Positions 63,078 to 64,000 of a stretch of DNA of 64,000 nucleotides are shown piece after piece. The stretch is from a virus. The stretch lies in IMG/VR virus record IMGVR_UViG_3300023174_007844, positions 1-64,000 of that record, one strand, 5' to 3'. Under the pieces are notes generated by a model. That model saw nothing but the letters and a program-made list of their open reading frames with translations. It had not been told where the DNA came from and made no database searches. A program made the translations under genes and the position numbers. How positions within the stretch are numbered: the stretch's first letter is position 1; each line of letters starts with the position of its first letter.

Positions 63078-63418
63078 TTTTCATCGAATGTATGATGGAA
63101 AATAATAGATGTTTCTCTGACAAAGATTTTTATAAATTATTAAAAACCCAAAGACTAGATAAATCAAAAGTAAATTTCAATCAACTTATGCAAGCATTTT
63201 TAATTGAATTTGAATTTGATAATTATGAGATTTTAGACAATATATGGCAGCCTAAAGGATCATTTGTTTCTCATAAAGCAATTTGGAATATAATTGATGA
63301 ATTAGAGTTACATTTAGAAGTGGAAAATTCATTGGGTGGATTTTACGAAACAAGTTGTGATGTAGTACAGAAAATTAATAATTATCTTTGGTTATGCGAA
63401 AAAGAAGCCTCCCAATAA
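63056..63418 (+). CDS. Hypothetical acidic protein
   Basis: Overlaps the upstream gene and ends at a terminator. Confidence 0.55.
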   Translation: MEEFFAVVFIECMMENNRCFSDKDFYKLLKTQRLDKSKVNFNQLMQAFLIEFEFDNYEILDNIWQPKGSFVSHKAIWNIIDELELHLEVENSLGGFYETSCDVVQKINNYLWLCEKEASQ

Positions 63419-63445
63419 AGGGGGGCTTCTTTTTTTATAAGAAAC
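63418..63445 (+). promoter_or_regulatory. Putative late promoter (AAGG-N18-AGAAAC), ATG 8 nt downstream, overlapping a terminator (63399-63436)
   Basis: Fixed spacing. Confidence 0.55.
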
Positions 63446-63453
63446 TTATTGAT

Positions 63454-63918
63454 ATGTATGCTGAAAAACTCTTAAGGATAGCAAGTAAATTAGATAGCTT
63501 AGAACAGTATAAGTTAGCAGATAAATTTCTAAAACTTGCTCAAGATATGTCTGTTCCTTATTATGTATATCCCACTCAGCAAAAATATGATTATAGAAAC
63601 AGAATACCAATGAAACGAGATTTCACTGGCAAATCTACAACAGAAATAGATAATAAGTTTGGTCAGGATGCAAAAATATATTTACAACAATTAATAAAAG
63701 ATCCATTATTATTTGACCATCCACAATCAAAAATAATGTTAGACACTATATTAAATGATCCTGACTATAAAATGAATCAATCCTCTTTAGTCAATATGGT
63801 TAATATATATCGAAATCATTATGAGCAACTAAATGACAATAGAAATGATATTCATGCAATTGCTGATTTGGAACCAGAATTACACAAGCACTTAGACAAT
63901 ATGTTGAGTAAAACTTAG
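63454..63918 (+). CDS. Leader-bearing protein (putative virion cargo)
   Basis: ATG 63454: MYAEKLLRIASKLDSLEQYKLADKFLKLAQ. Confidence 0.75.
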   Translation: MYAEKLLRIASKLDSLEQYKLADKFLKLAQDMSVPYYVYPTQQKYDYRNRIPMKRDFTGKSTTEIDNKFGQDAKIYLQQLIKDPLLFDHPQSKIMLDTILNDPDYKMNQSSLVNMVNIYRNHYEQLNDNRNDIHAIADLEPELHKHLDNMLSKT

Positions 63919-63927
63919 GAAAACTTT

Positions 63928-64000
63928 ATGTGGTACAACAGAACAATTTTAGCAGCAATACAAGATGCAATCAACGCCTTGCAATCAAAAGGTGTAAGTG
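63928..64000 (+). CDS. MWY-leader protein (partial)
   Basis: MWYNRTILAAIQDAINALQSKGVS..., runs off the window. Confidence 0.6.
   Translation, partial: MWYNRTILAAIQDAINALQSKGVS

Noticed and set aside
1-64000. CRISPR array or long tandem repeats
   Set aside because: No regularly spaced direct repeats seen by eye; intergenic gaps are short and explained by promoters and terminators
1-64000. Alternative genetic code (TAG/TGA recoding)
   Set aside because: Conserved genes are full length in the standard code and end in TAA, TAG and TGA; no suppressor tRNA seen

Overview
AT-rich segment of a large (jumbo-type) tailed bacteriophage genome, read with the standard genetic code. About 0.5-26.3 kb is a minus-strand replication and recombination block: nrdA/nrdB, a SpoVS-like gene, a divergent Zn-finger sigma factor, RecJ, a DnaG primase split into two genes, RecA, a probable SSB, DnaE, DnaB, a DnaC-like loader, a Ycf46-like AAA+ ATPase, and Mre11 with a split Rad50. 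The rest is accessory: two tail-tube-like paralogs, nucleases, glycan-modifying enzymes, Tad2/DUF2829-like and antitoxin-fragment proteins, Fic, a DNA methylase, HNH endonucleases and five tRNAs. One tRNA, tRNA-Asn(GTT), is split by a 210-nt group I intron. The most striking unexplained structure has three linked parts. First, about 13 otherwise unrelated proteins scattered through the window share short motifs, 12 as N-terminal leaders and one C-terminal, most ending in K/R-x-A/S-Q (a long [LAC][DE]xxGxxxxA[DN] class and a short MWY class). Second, most of these genes lie behind a fixed-spacing motif, AGG-N18-AGAATA, which differs from the TATAAT promoters of the other genes. Third, a phage sigma factor with a Zn-finger insert is a candidate reader of that motif. 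Together this looks like a late-expressed, protease-cleaved capsid-cargo system that delivers enzymes such as an ART-like protein, a Nudix hydrolase and a nuclease-like protein. Many transcripts of both promoter classes appear to be leaderless. All family assignments come from motif recognition by eye; no database searches were run.
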